Source: an uncultured virus (IMG/VR IMGVR_UViG_3300008110_000249) (taxonomy: Duplodnaviria > Heunggongvirae > Uroviricota > Caudoviricetes). Taken from it: a stretch of DNA of 20,000 nucleotides. Location: IMG/VR virus record IMGVR_UViG_3300008110_000249. One strand, 5' to 3'. Both the position numbers and the translations under genes were made by a program. The notes under the pieces are model-generated. The model had not been told where the DNA came from and searched no databases. It worked only from the letters and a program-made list of their open reading frames with translations. This document shows, piece by piece, positions 1 to 7,619 of this stretch (position 1 is the stretch's first letter; the number at the start of each line of letters is the position of its first letter).

Positions 1-1
1 A

Positions 2-1276
2 CCAGACCCCACATATACATTAACTAAAACACCGGCTGGTTCAATTGATGAAGGATTATTAAGTAGTCCAGTTACAATTACACTGAATACTACTGGGTTA
101 GAACGTGGAACTGCTGTTCCATGGACAATTTCAGGTTCATTTATTACTGTTGCTGATATAGAATCAATGGTAGTAAATGGTACGCCACAAATTCCAAGCT
201 TAACTGGACAATTTATTGTAAACAGTGGTGGGTCTACCACAATGGTGTTAACATTCAAAGCAGACAAATTTACTGAAGGTGCAGAAACTCTAGTACTAGG
301 ACTTCCTACTGTTCCTGGTACGCCCACCGTTAGTATAACAATCAATGATACCAGTACAACAGCCGCAACATTGGTAGACACAACCAATCCTATAATTTCA
401 ATCACTAGCGTTTATAATTTTGTTGCAAACAGTAGTATGAATGTAGAAGGAGTGGCAGTGGATAACGTGGGTATCCGTTCGGTTACCTGGATTAACAGAA
501 TAGAAGGAGTAATAGTTAACCAAGGGTCTGCTAGCCTTACCCAGTTCGGTAACTATGCTACTTGGACTACAACTATTCCTCTGCAATTAGGAAACAATAA
601 CATAGAAATATTAGCAACTGACACTAATGGTAGGACAGGGTATGAAATAATAGTTGTATCTGGGTCAGTGGCCATGGTGTCTGGACAAAACAGTTATGAA
701 GCAGACCCTTGGGCTATTGAAGAAACAGAGATGGTTGCATCACAATCTGTCGAAATGGGTGACTCTGATTTAGCATCAATGGTCACAAGTCAGCCTACTA
801 GTTACGTTGGAGATCCCACTACCCACATTGAACAAATGAGACTTCAAGCCGAACGTGTACATAGGTTCACACAACTGGGCATAGATAGCGATAAAGTCAT
901 AAGCTTGGCTTCATTAGGTATACCTGAACCACCTGCAGAAGTACATCCTTGTAATAAAGGATATTATTTACACCTACATCATGCAACATTGCCTAATATT
1001 AAATTTAAATTAGACGGTGATTGGTGGCTGCTGGCCAGTGCCACCAGCAGAATTGCTACCGATCCTAACAAAGTTCATTTCTATTGGGCAAAACAAATTG
1101 GTGACACATCTTTAGGTTTACATGATACTGGGATACAAACTGAAAATTCACAGTTGAAACTAGGAACAATAGATGCAAAACTGGATCTAGGTTGGGCAGT
1201 GGTCCCCTACAGTTATGCAATGTATGTAGGGATATCACCACTACCTATTAGTAGAAATGAAATATGCGAAGTCTGA
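2..1276 (+). CDS. Virion surface/tail-associated protein with a Calx-beta-like repeat and an Ig-like domain (5'-truncated)
   Basis: Frame is open from nt 2 (PDPTYTLTKTPAGSIDEG...TITLNTTG...VPWTISG) into ORF 167..1276. It contains LTGQF...AD-KF-TEGAETL...VSITINDTS (Calx-beta-like) and DTTNPIISIT...VEGVAVDNVGI...LQLGNNNIEILATD (Ig-like); Thr/Val/Gly-rich. Confidence 0.6.
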   Translation, partial: PDPTYTLTKTPAGSIDEGLLSSPVTITLNTTGLERGTAVPWTISGSFITVADIESMVVNGTPQIPSLTGQFIVNSGGSTTMVLTFKADKFTEGAETLVLGLPTVPGTPTVSITINDTSTTAATLVDTTNPIISITSVYNFVANSSMNVEGVAVDNVGIRSVTWINRIEGVIVNQGSASLTQFGNYATWTTTIPLQLGNNNIEILATDTNGRTGYEIIVVSGSVAMVSGQNSYEADPWAIEETEMVASQSVEMGDSDLASMVTSQPTSYVGDPTTHIEQMRLQAERVHRFTQLGIDSDKVISLASLGIPEPPAEVHPCNKGYYLHLHHATLPNIKFKLDGDWWLLASATSRIATDPNKVHFYWAKQIGDTSLGLHDTGIQTENSQLKLGTIDAKLDLGWAVVPYSYAMYVGISPLPISRNEICEV

Positions 1277-2253
1277 TAGCAGTAGTACTGCTATTATTTG
1301 CTAATCAAGCATACGCAAATAAATGGCCCATTTGGCCACAGATACAAAGCGTAAATAGCAGACTAGGCTGGCAGATAGATAAGATTCAAGTAATAGGACA
1401 CAACTCCAGAGTGCCACTGTACGGTGGGCAAGATCCTTTCCCCTTTTGTGCATCAGTTGCAGCCAGTATATTGCACGATCAGCACGAATGCATGAATAAA
1501 AATCAGGATTGCAGTGTATATCCTAGAACGTCGGCATTATCATTGGTAAGTTCTAGCCAAGGAACACCAAACAGAATAAATTGGGACAATGGAGGGGTTA
1601 CCATATTGGCGTTAAAACAAGTCTTAAAAAATGGCGGAGCCGCATCTCACCTCAGTTGTAACTACGATACTATTGTAGAACCACGTAAAAATAAAGGGGT
1701 AGATTTTGTTAGAATATATGGTAATTATGCTAACCATAAACAATTTCGTAAATGGGGCGGTTATCTACAAAGATATTACAGAGATGAATTTATTTGGGAA
1801 GTAACTCAACTGGGTTTATATAGAAAAAATTTAGATGCCGTGTTGTCAAAAGATTTCAACTCACCACATGATTTGTTTAATTCGATTATCGTAACTGAGG
1901 AGTGTGGTAATATAGAAATAACTAGTAGTAAGCAATATACCTTAAAAATAATTGATAACCCTGATCAAGACATTAAACTATCATATGAAAAAATTCAGTA
2001 TCTATTAAAAAATAACACACCAGTTGGTATTAATCTGTGTTTGAATATAGATGTTGGACTTAAAACTTGTAGCAAACATTCACTGGTAATTTTTGCCGAA
2101 GGCCTGGCTAAGAATACAATTACCGGGGACATTAGGCGTGTATATCATTTAGCAAATACTTGGAGTGAACACTGGCATAAGGATCATAATGACGGCTGGG
2201 TATTTGCAGACCAATTATTATTAGGTGTTTATTCGATGTTTTGGCTGGAATAA
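1264..2253 (+). CDS. Secreted papain-like (clan CA, C1-like) cysteine peptidase
   Basis: N-terminal MRSLIAVVLLLFANQAYA (hydrophobic core, A-x-A site). Motifs in papain order: Q-x5-C (GQDPFPFCAS), H (SKHSLVI), N-T-W (LANTWSEHW...DGWV). Confidence 0.65.
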   Translation: MRSLIAVVLLLFANQAYANKWPIWPQIQSVNSRLGWQIDKIQVIGHNSRVPLYGGQDPFPFCASVAASILHDQHECMNKNQDCSVYPRTSALSLVSSSQGTPNRINWDNGGVTILALKQVLKNGGAASHLSCNYDTIVEPRKNKGVDFVRIYGNYANHKQFRKWGGYLQRYYRDEFIWEVTQLGLYRKNLDAVLSKDFNSPHDLFNSIIVTEECGNIEITSSKQYTLKIIDNPDQDIKLSYEKIQYLLKNNTPVGINLCLNIDVGLKTCSKHSLVIFAEGLAKNTITGDIRRVYHLANTWSEHWHKDHNDGWVFADQLLLGVYSMFWLE

Positions 2254-2260
2254 AATTAGA

Positions 2261-2289
2261 TTGACAATAATTTTATAAGATAGTATAAT
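2261..2289 (+). promoter_or_regulatory. Sigma70-type early promoter P1
   Basis: TTGACA 2261-2266, 17-nt spacer, TATAAT 2284-2289 (perfect consensus). Confidence 0.85.
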
Positions 2290-2318
2290 TATTTTATATA
2301 CAATGTTCCATTCAGTCA

Positions 2319-2798
2319 ATGAATTTAGTTATTCAAACTAAAATTATGGTCAATTACAGTATTATTGCTGAAAATCCATATTGGAAATCTTCAGGAGGAA
2401 ATGTATTCCTTATTAAGGATTTGTCTACATCAGAGGTAGACACTGTAAATTGTTCAGGAATACCTATTATAAAATCTTTGGTAGAAATGAATAGTGATTT
2501 CCGCAAAGAGTATGTAGTTAATTGGTTTCTTTCTGAAGAAAATCAGTTATGTGATACCTTCGAAAATCCTTTTGAAGTATTTTGGCGTAACGATCATTGG
2601 GTAGCATATCGTAGTATAAAAAATACTGGGATTTTTCATTATGCCATTGAAAAAAAAATCGAACAGTATGATATGGCCATTGGGGGCGAACGCACTAATT
2701 ACAGAGTGATTTATGTGATGCTAAACGGGGATAACGTACTTAGCAGTAAAACAGAAGAATATTTTAATCAAAACTCAATTGATTCTAAAAATGTCTAG
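2319..2798 (+). CDS. Hypothetical protein, paralog of 3672..4139
   Basis: 159-aa ORF after P1; shares PYWK-x-x-GG, GIP-x-IK-x-L, EYVV-x-W, FW-x-N-x-x-WVA-x-R, NYRV-x-Y-x-M-x-NGD with the 3672 protein. Confidence 0.8.
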   Translation: MNLVIQTKIMVNYSIIAENPYWKSSGGNVFLIKDLSTSEVDTVNCSGIPIIKSLVEMNSDFRKEYVVNWFLSEENQLCDTFENPFEVFWRNDHWVAYRSIKNTGIFHYAIEKKIEQYDMAIGGERTNYRVIYVMLNGDNVLSSKTEEYFNQNSIDSKNV

Positions 2799-3099
2799 AA
2801 AACATACAGTCACTGCATTGGTGTATGACAAGAAAGGTAGAATGCTTTCTATGGGTCGTAATAGTTATGTAAAGACCCATCCTATGATGGCAAAAATGGC
2901 AGAACATGTAGGAGAACACTACAAGATTTATCTACATGCAGAAGTGGATGCGTTGATTAAAGTAAAGGATTGGTCAAAGGCCCATAAATTGGTAATCACT
3001 AGGTTTAATAGACAAGGAGAACCTGTATTGGCTAAACCGTGCAAGGTATGTCAACACATGATCAAACTTGCATCTATTAAAGAAGTGGAGCATACTTGA
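2791..3099 (+). CDS. Zinc-dependent cytidine/dCMP deaminase-family protein
   Basis: HAE (LHAEVDAL) and PCxxC (KPCKVC) motifs; ATG 2791 overlaps the end of the upstream gene and is preferred over the TTG at 2779. Confidence 0.85.
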   Translation: MSRKHTVTALVYDKKGRMLSMGRNSYVKTHPMMAKMAEHVGEHYKIYLHAEVDALIKVKDWSKAHKLVITRFNRQGEPVLAKPCKVCQHMIKLASIKEVEHT

Positions 3100-3102
3100 C
3101 AG

Positions 3103-3131
3103 TTGACAATAAATCCAAACCTTGCTATAAT
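3103..3131 (+). promoter_or_regulatory. Sigma70-type early promoter P2 with extended -10
   Basis: TTGACA 3103-3108, 17 nt, TG-c-TATAAT 3123-3131; SD-like GGAG 3152-3155 before ATG 3163. Confidence 0.9.
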
Positions 3132-3162
3132 ACATTTACGCTGAACAACACGGAGCAAGCAA

Positions 3163-3606
3163 ATGGCTACTCGCAGCACAATCGCACTGGAATACGCTGA
3201 TCTGACCATTGATATGATCTACTGCCATTGGGATGGTTATTTGGAGAACAATGGTCGTCTGCTGCTGGAACACTGGACTGATCCGTTCAAGGTTCGTGAC
3301 CTGATGGACTTGGGTTCTATCAGTGCTCTGGGCAAAGAGATTGGTACCAAGCAGAACTTCGATGACCGTAGCACACACAATTTAGATTGGTGTTTGGCCT
3401 ACGGGCGGGATCGTGGTGAAGTGGAAGTTGGTGCTGTTCGATTCCCCAACTACCAAGCATACCTCGAATTTGGTAATTTTGAGGAATTCAATTACATCTT
3501 TCGGAAACCTACATATGGTTCGGGTGTTTGGTATGTAAGTCGTGATGACGGATTTGTTCAGTTGAACCGTGCCTTGGATCGTGTGGCTGTGGAAGCACTC
3601 AAGTAA
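3163..3606 (+). CDS. Conserved phage hypothetical protein (MxTRS...IYCHWDGY type)
   Basis: 147-aa ORF with own promoter and SD; MATRSTIA, YCHWDGY and AYGRDRGE motifs recalled from large-phage early proteins. Confidence 0.8.
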   Translation: MATRSTIALEYADLTIDMIYCHWDGYLENNGRLLLEHWTDPFKVRDLMDLGSISALGKEIGTKQNFDDRSTHNLDWCLAYGRDRGEVEVGAVRFPNYQAYLEFGNFEEFNYIFRKPTYGSGVWYVSRDDGFVQLNRALDRVAVEALK

Positions 3607-3613
3607 ACCCAAG

Positions 3614-3642
3614 TTGACAATAAATCCAGTTTTTGATATACT
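3614..3642 (+). promoter_or_regulatory. Sigma70-type early promoter P3 with extended -10
   Basis: TTGACA 3614-3619, 17 nt, TG-a-TATACT 3634-3642; GGAG 3662-3665 before ATG 3672. Confidence 0.88.
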
Positions 3643-3671
3643 GTATTCATAGTCGAGAAATGGAGAGAAAT

Positions 3672-4139
3672 ATGAAGATCGTCATCAACACTCAAGTCCG
3701 CGAAAACTACGGTTCTGCCGAGAGTCCTTACTGGAAGATGAAGGGTGGTTCTGTCTTTGTTGTTCCGAACCTCTCGGCTGAGCAGACCCTCAAGGTCAAG
3801 GAGAATGGTATCCCCACTATCAAGGCTCTCATCGAAACTCGTACCGAGATGTTCGAGGAGTATGTGGTAGACTGGTCTATCCTTGACAACGATGCCGTTG
3901 TCTGCGATCCTTGGGAGACTCCTACGGATCTGTTTTGGACTAACGGTCGGTGGGTCGCTATGCGTACCATCGAAAATGGTGAGTACGGCTATATGCGCCG
4001 TGAGGTCGCTAGCAAGACCGAAGAGTATGAACTGGAGATGGGCGGCCGTCAAGCCAACTATCGTGTGGTCTACACTATGCGTAACGGCGATGTAGTCACT
4101 GGTGCACAGGTTCAAGAGTATCTGGTTAAGGCTGCTTAA
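3672..4139 (+). CDS. Hypothetical protein, paralog of 2319..2798
   Basis: Start moved to ATG 3672 (MKIVINTQ): SD present, aligns with the paralog N-terminus MNLVIQTK, and the ORF-track start at 3633 lies inside the promoter. Confidence 0.85.
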   Translation: MKIVINTQVRENYGSAESPYWKMKGGSVFVVPNLSAEQTLKVKENGIPTIKALIETRTEMFEEYVVDWSILDNDAVVCDPWETPTDLFWTNGRWVAMRTIENGEYGYMRREVASKTEEYELEMGGRQANYRVVYTMRNGDVVTGAQVQEYLVKAA

Positions 4140-4140
4140 T

Positions 4141-4350
4141 ATGATTCAACATTTTACTCCTGAGCAGGATCAGTTCCTACAACTTAGGCAATCAATGGCT
4201 TACTACTCCGGACTCCGAGAGGGTATTTCTTTGTTTGCATACTGGAAAGACGGTGTACAGTATGTAGGTACTACGGGCAAGACTCTTAAGGATGCTCTCG
4301 CCGAAATTCAAGTCGAGGAAGATACAGTCCGCTCTCGATTTAAAATTTGA
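4141..4350 (+). CDS. Small phage hypothetical protein (AYWKDGVQYVGTTG motif)
   Basis: ATG 4141 follows the upstream stop at 4139 by 1 nt; 69 aa; stop TGA overlaps the next -35 box. Confidence 0.7.
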   Translation: MIQHFTPEQDQFLQLRQSMAYYSGLREGISLFAYWKDGVQYVGTTGKTLKDALAEIQVEEDTVRSRFKI

Positions 4351-4375
4351 CAATAAATGGTCTTGGGTATATAAT
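4347..4375 (+). promoter_or_regulatory. Sigma70-type early promoter P4
   Basis: TTGACA 4347-4352, 17 nt, TATAAT 4370-4375; GGAG 4399-4402 before ATG 4408. Confidence 0.9.
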
Positions 4376-4407
4376 ACATACATAGACAGTTAAATAACGG
4401 AGCAAAT

Positions 4408-5430
4408 ATGTCAACGATTCGAATTCTTTCTGGTACGTATCGCAATCAAGCCGTTCGCGGGGAAGTCTTTACCTTGGTCAAAGGTTTTCAGACAGGTAAG
4501 AAAGGCAATTACGTTACTGTTCAGAATGACGGACAGTTTGCCATTGATATTCCTCAAGTGAAAGTTAAAGTAGACTCTATGTCCGATATTGAGTTTTTGA
4601 ATGGTAATGCCCCTGTTGCAGTTGCAGCAGAGGTTGCGCCCACTGTTGTCACGGAGACTGATGAGCAGGCTATGGATCGTATTGCCGAACGATTCGGCAT
4701 CCTCGATGAAATGTCTAAGGCATGTATCTCGGGTGATATCCGTGCTATGATCGTCACCGGCCCTCCAGGCGTCGGTAAGAGTCACGGCGTGACTACGCAA
4801 ATGGAGCGAGCCAGTTTGTTTGACAAGGTTGCTGGTCGCAAGGTCCGTTTTGAAATTGTTAAAGGTACTATGTCTGCGATCGGACTGTTTGCACTGTTGT
4901 ACAAGTTTTCTGATCGTAAGAATGTATTGGTGTTTGATGATTGTGATATTTGGGAAGATCAGGATGCAGTCAATATTCTGAAAGGTGCATTGGATTCTGG
5001 CAAGACCCGTCGCATTAGTTACAACAAGGATAGCCGACTGTTGCGTGAAGAAGGTGTCCCGAACACTTTTGATTTTCATGGTTCAATCATCTTTATCACT
5101 AACAAGACCTTCGATAACAAGCGAGCCACTAAGATTCAGCCGCACTTGGATGCTCTTCAGTCTCGTAGTCACTTCTTGGATCTGACTATCAATACCGAGC
5201 GTGACAAGATGCTCCGCATCCGTCAAGTGCACCGTGATGCAGACCCGGGTCTGTTCGTTGACTATGGCTTCACTAAGGAGCAAGAGGATATGGTTCTCGA
5301 CTTCATGTGGGACAATCACACCAAGTTGCGTGAAATCAGCCTGCGTATGACTCTCAAGATTGCCGATCTTGTCAAGATTAGCCCGACTTCTTGGAAGAAT
5401 TTGGCCCGTGCTACTTGCATGAAGGCTTAA
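4408..5430 (+). CDS. AAA+/P-loop ATPase with a small N-terminal domain
   Basis: Walker A GPPGVGKS, Walker B VLVFDDCD, sensor-1-like IIFITN, Arg-finger-like ALQSR. Confidence 0.85.
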   Translation: MSTIRILSGTYRNQAVRGEVFTLVKGFQTGKKGNYVTVQNDGQFAIDIPQVKVKVDSMSDIEFLNGNAPVAVAAEVAPTVVTETDEQAMDRIAERFGILDEMSKACISGDIRAMIVTGPPGVGKSHGVTTQMERASLFDKVAGRKVRFEIVKGTMSAIGLFALLYKFSDRKNVLVFDDCDIWEDQDAVNILKGALDSGKTRRISYNKDSRLLREEGVPNTFDFHGSIIFITNKTFDNKRATKIQPHLDALQSRSHFLDLTINTERDKMLRIRQVHRDADPGLFVDYGFTKEQEDMVLDFMWDNHTKLREISLRMTLKIADLVKISPTSWKNLARATCMKA

Positions 5431-5435
5431 ACAAA

Positions 5436-5477
5436 CACCGTGTGAAGGTGAGGGGCAATGTCAATAAGTCCCCTTTT
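5436..5477 (+). terminator. Possible imperfect terminator/attenuator (two hairpins)
   Basis: CACC-gtgtgaa-GGTG (5436-5450), then AGGGG...CCCCT (5451-5474) with a large loop followed by TTT. Confidence 0.4.
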
Positions 5478-5491
5478 CTATTGGAATTAAT

Positions 5492-6508
5492 ATGCGTAAA
5501 TTAGCCACTATCCGCCGTATTGACGAGATTCGCCCGATTCTGGGTGCTGATGCTATTGAAGCCGCAGTTATCGGTGGCTGGACTGTAGTAGTTAAAAAGT
5601 CAGAATTCAGTATTGGTGATCTAGCAGTGTATCTAGAAATTGACAGCTGGGTCCCAACTGAACTGGCTCCGTTCCTAAGCAAAGGTAGTGAACCTCGTGA
5701 GTTCAACGGTGTTAAGGGTGAACGCCTTCGTACTGTCAAGTTGCGTGGTACACTATCCCAGGGACTTCTGTTGTCGCGCATGTTTGTACTTGATCGAATC
5801 GGTGAGATTGCGGTAGGCCAGGACGTTACTGAATTGCTCGGCATTCAAAAGTATGAAGCACCTATTCCGGCTCAATTGGCGGGTGATGTTGAGGGTCCGT
5901 TCCCTACTGAAGTGCCCAAGACCGATCAGGAACGCATTCAAAATCTGTCTGAAACTCTCAGAGAATGGCAGGACAACAGTGCCTTTACCTGGGAAGTTAC
6001 TGAGAAGTTGGACGGCAGTTCTATGACTGTGTTTGTCAATGGTGGCAGTGAAGGTGTTTGCAGCCGTAACTGGGCACTGAAGGAGACTGAGGGTAACAGT
6101 CTCTGGCGTGTTGCTCGTCGTGAACAATTGATTGAAAAAATCCGTAGCACTGGACGTAATCTTGCACTGCAAGGCGAAATCATCGGCGAAGGTATTCAAG
6201 GCAATCGTTACAATGTACGAGGTCAGGAATTTCATCTGTTCGATATCTACGATATCGACCGTGGTGATTACATGACTCCGTTTGAGCGTAGGACTTTCTG
6301 CGACACTCATGGTATTAAGCATTGCCCGCTAATCGCAGTTGGTATGGTTATCAGTGAGTTTGTGCAAGGTCTGTTGACTATGGCTGAAGGCAAGAGCGCA
6401 TTGAATGACAAGGCTGAGCGTGAAGGTCTTGTATTCAAATGCAATACTTTCGGTGGACCTAGTTTCAAGGCCATCAGCAATAAGTTCTTGCTAAAATCGG
6501 GCGAGTAA
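5492..6508 (+). CDS. ATP-dependent RNA ligase, Rnl5/DRB0094 family
   Basis: N-terminal MRKLATIRRI...I-x-GAD-x-IE...GW-x-VVVKK...Y-x-EIDS...KLRG-x-LSQG domain; ligase motifs I EKLDGSS, III LQGEIIG, IIIa FHLFDI, IV REGLVFK, V FKAIS. Confidence 0.92.
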   Translation: MRKLATIRRIDEIRPILGADAIEAAVIGGWTVVVKKSEFSIGDLAVYLEIDSWVPTELAPFLSKGSEPREFNGVKGERLRTVKLRGTLSQGLLLSRMFVLDRIGEIAVGQDVTELLGIQKYEAPIPAQLAGDVEGPFPTEVPKTDQERIQNLSETLREWQDNSAFTWEVTEKLDGSSMTVFVNGGSEGVCSRNWALKETEGNSLWRVARREQLIEKIRSTGRNLALQGEIIGEGIQGNRYNVRGQEFHLFDIYDIDRGDYMTPFERRTFCDTHGIKHCPLIAVGMVISEFVQGLLTMAEGKSALNDKAEREGLVFKCNTFGGPSFKAISNKFLLKSGE

Positions 6509-6533
6509 GTCTTACTACTGGTCAAACAATTTT

Positions 6534-6554
6534 AAGGGACTTTGGTCCCTTTTT
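6534..6554 (+). terminator. Rho-independent terminator ending the early island
   Basis: AAGGGAC-TTTG-GTCCCTT stem-loop running into a T-tract, about 25 nt after the ligase stop. Confidence 0.8.
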
Positions 6555-6564
6555 CCTTTATAAG

Positions 6565-6593
6565 TTGTATAATTCTTTTGAATATTGTATAAT
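6565..6593 (+). promoter_or_regulatory. Sigma70-like promoter, predicted leaderless transcript
   Basis: TTGTAT 6565-6570, 17 nt, TATAAT 6588-6593; ATG at 6600 with no SD. Confidence 0.55.
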
Positions 6594-6599
6594 ATTTCA

Positions 6600-7619
6600 A
6601 TGACTCCAGTTAAAACTAAAGAACAATTAATATATTTTATGCAGTCTGGGTACTTTAGATTAAGTAGGCATGATCTGCAATTTATACGAAATCTCAATTA
6701 CCTAGTATTAAGTAATAGATCGCTTACCACTAATCAAGTTGATTTATTTGAAAAACTTATTAAGAAATATAATAAACAATTAGATAAGCATGGAATAAAC
6801 ATAACCATGCTCGATAATTTAATATGGGAAACGACAACGGTGCCCAGTTTGTCTGAATTTACTGAGGCATATATAAGTATAAGTGATGATAAAATAATAT
6901 TTAAAAGTCCATTCAATAAAAAATTCTTAGATAAATTTTCTAAAATTAGTTACAATTCATTCACTTGGGTAAAAGATAAAAAAAGGTATGAATCTTTTTA
7001 TAGCACCGAAGCGTTAAAGAACATAGTGTCTACGGCTAACAATTATTTTTCTGTGGTCAATTACTGTAAGGTTGTTACTAAGTTATTAGAAAGCATTGAT
7101 CAATATACTCAAACTGTTTGGACACCTACGTTGACATATATCAACGGTAATTATCTGATTTCAGCAATCAACGAACCTACTTATAATGCAACCTTAAATC
7201 TACCGTTGTCTGATGAACCAGGTTGTTTAGCAACTCTAGCCTCATATGGTGTAGAAATAGAACCCTTGATTGTAAAAAATGATCCTTTACTTTCTTTTGC
7301 ATCTAAATATATTGTAGAGGTAGATTACACCAATTTAGAAGAATTGATAAACTATCTTCGCGCTGTTAATTGTGATGCAATCATAACAAGTGGAATAGGG
7401 TTAGCATCTCACTATCAAAAAAGTTTAATTAAAAGACTACGAGATTCAAATTTCTACTTAGAAGAACATCGTAGTAGTAAATCTTTGACCAATGTTATTA
7501 AAAATAAAAAGAATCCCATACTTATCCACATGAGTTCATTTATAGATAGTATTCCTTCTGCCTCTAATTTTAGAAAAATTATAAAATTAAAAAACTCAAC
7601 ACAAATAGAATTTAGATGA
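6600..7619 (+). CDS. Hypothetical protein upstream of the UvsW-like helicase
   Basis: Long AT-rich ORF; ATG 6600 preferred over the TTG at 6585, which lies in the promoter; ATGA overlap with the helicase. Confidence 0.75.
   Translation: MTPVKTKEQLIYFMQSGYFRLSRHDLQFIRNLNYLVLSNRSLTTNQVDLFEKLIKKYNKQLDKHGINITMLDNLIWETTTVPSLSEFTEAYISISDDKIIFKSPFNKKFLDKFSKISYNSFTWVKDKKRYESFYSTEALKNIVSTANNYFSVVNYCKVVTKLLESIDQYTQTVWTPTLTYINGNYLISAINEPTYNATLNLPLSDEPGCLATLASYGVEIEPLIVKNDPLLSFASKYIVEVDYTNLEELINYLRAVNCDAIITSGIGLASHYQKSLIKRLRDSNFYLEEHRSSKSLTNVIKNKKNPILIHMSSFIDSIPSASNFRKIIKLKNSTQIEFR

Noticed and set aside
2261..4375. TTGACAATAA repeats as a CRISPR array or att sites
   Set aside because: Copies are 0.5-0.85 kb apart, separated by whole genes, and coincide with -35 boxes; no cas or integrase gene is present.
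4408..5430. AAA+ ATPase as clamp-loader large subunit (gp44/RFC)
   Set aside because: No RFC-type W-x-EKYRP box or DEAD-type Walker B, an extra N-terminal domain, and an early-island rather than replication context.
5459..5464. TGTCAA (TTGACA on the minus strand) in the hairpin loop as an antisense promoter
   Set aside because: The position 17 nt downstream on the minus strand reads ACGGTG, which is not a -10 box.
6504..6516. Inverted repeat AGTAAG-T-CTTACT over the ligase stop
   Set aside because: A 1-nt loop cannot form a full hairpin, and I noticed no second copy to suggest an operator.
3136..6525. Long minus-strand ORFs (3558..4115, 4411..5079, 5461..5844, 5753..6322 and others) and alternative-frame plus ORFs (3883..4095, 4985..5185)
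   Set aside because: They overlap well-supported plus-strand genes, have no motifs, SD or promoter, and are expected shadows of codon-biased, GC-richer genes.
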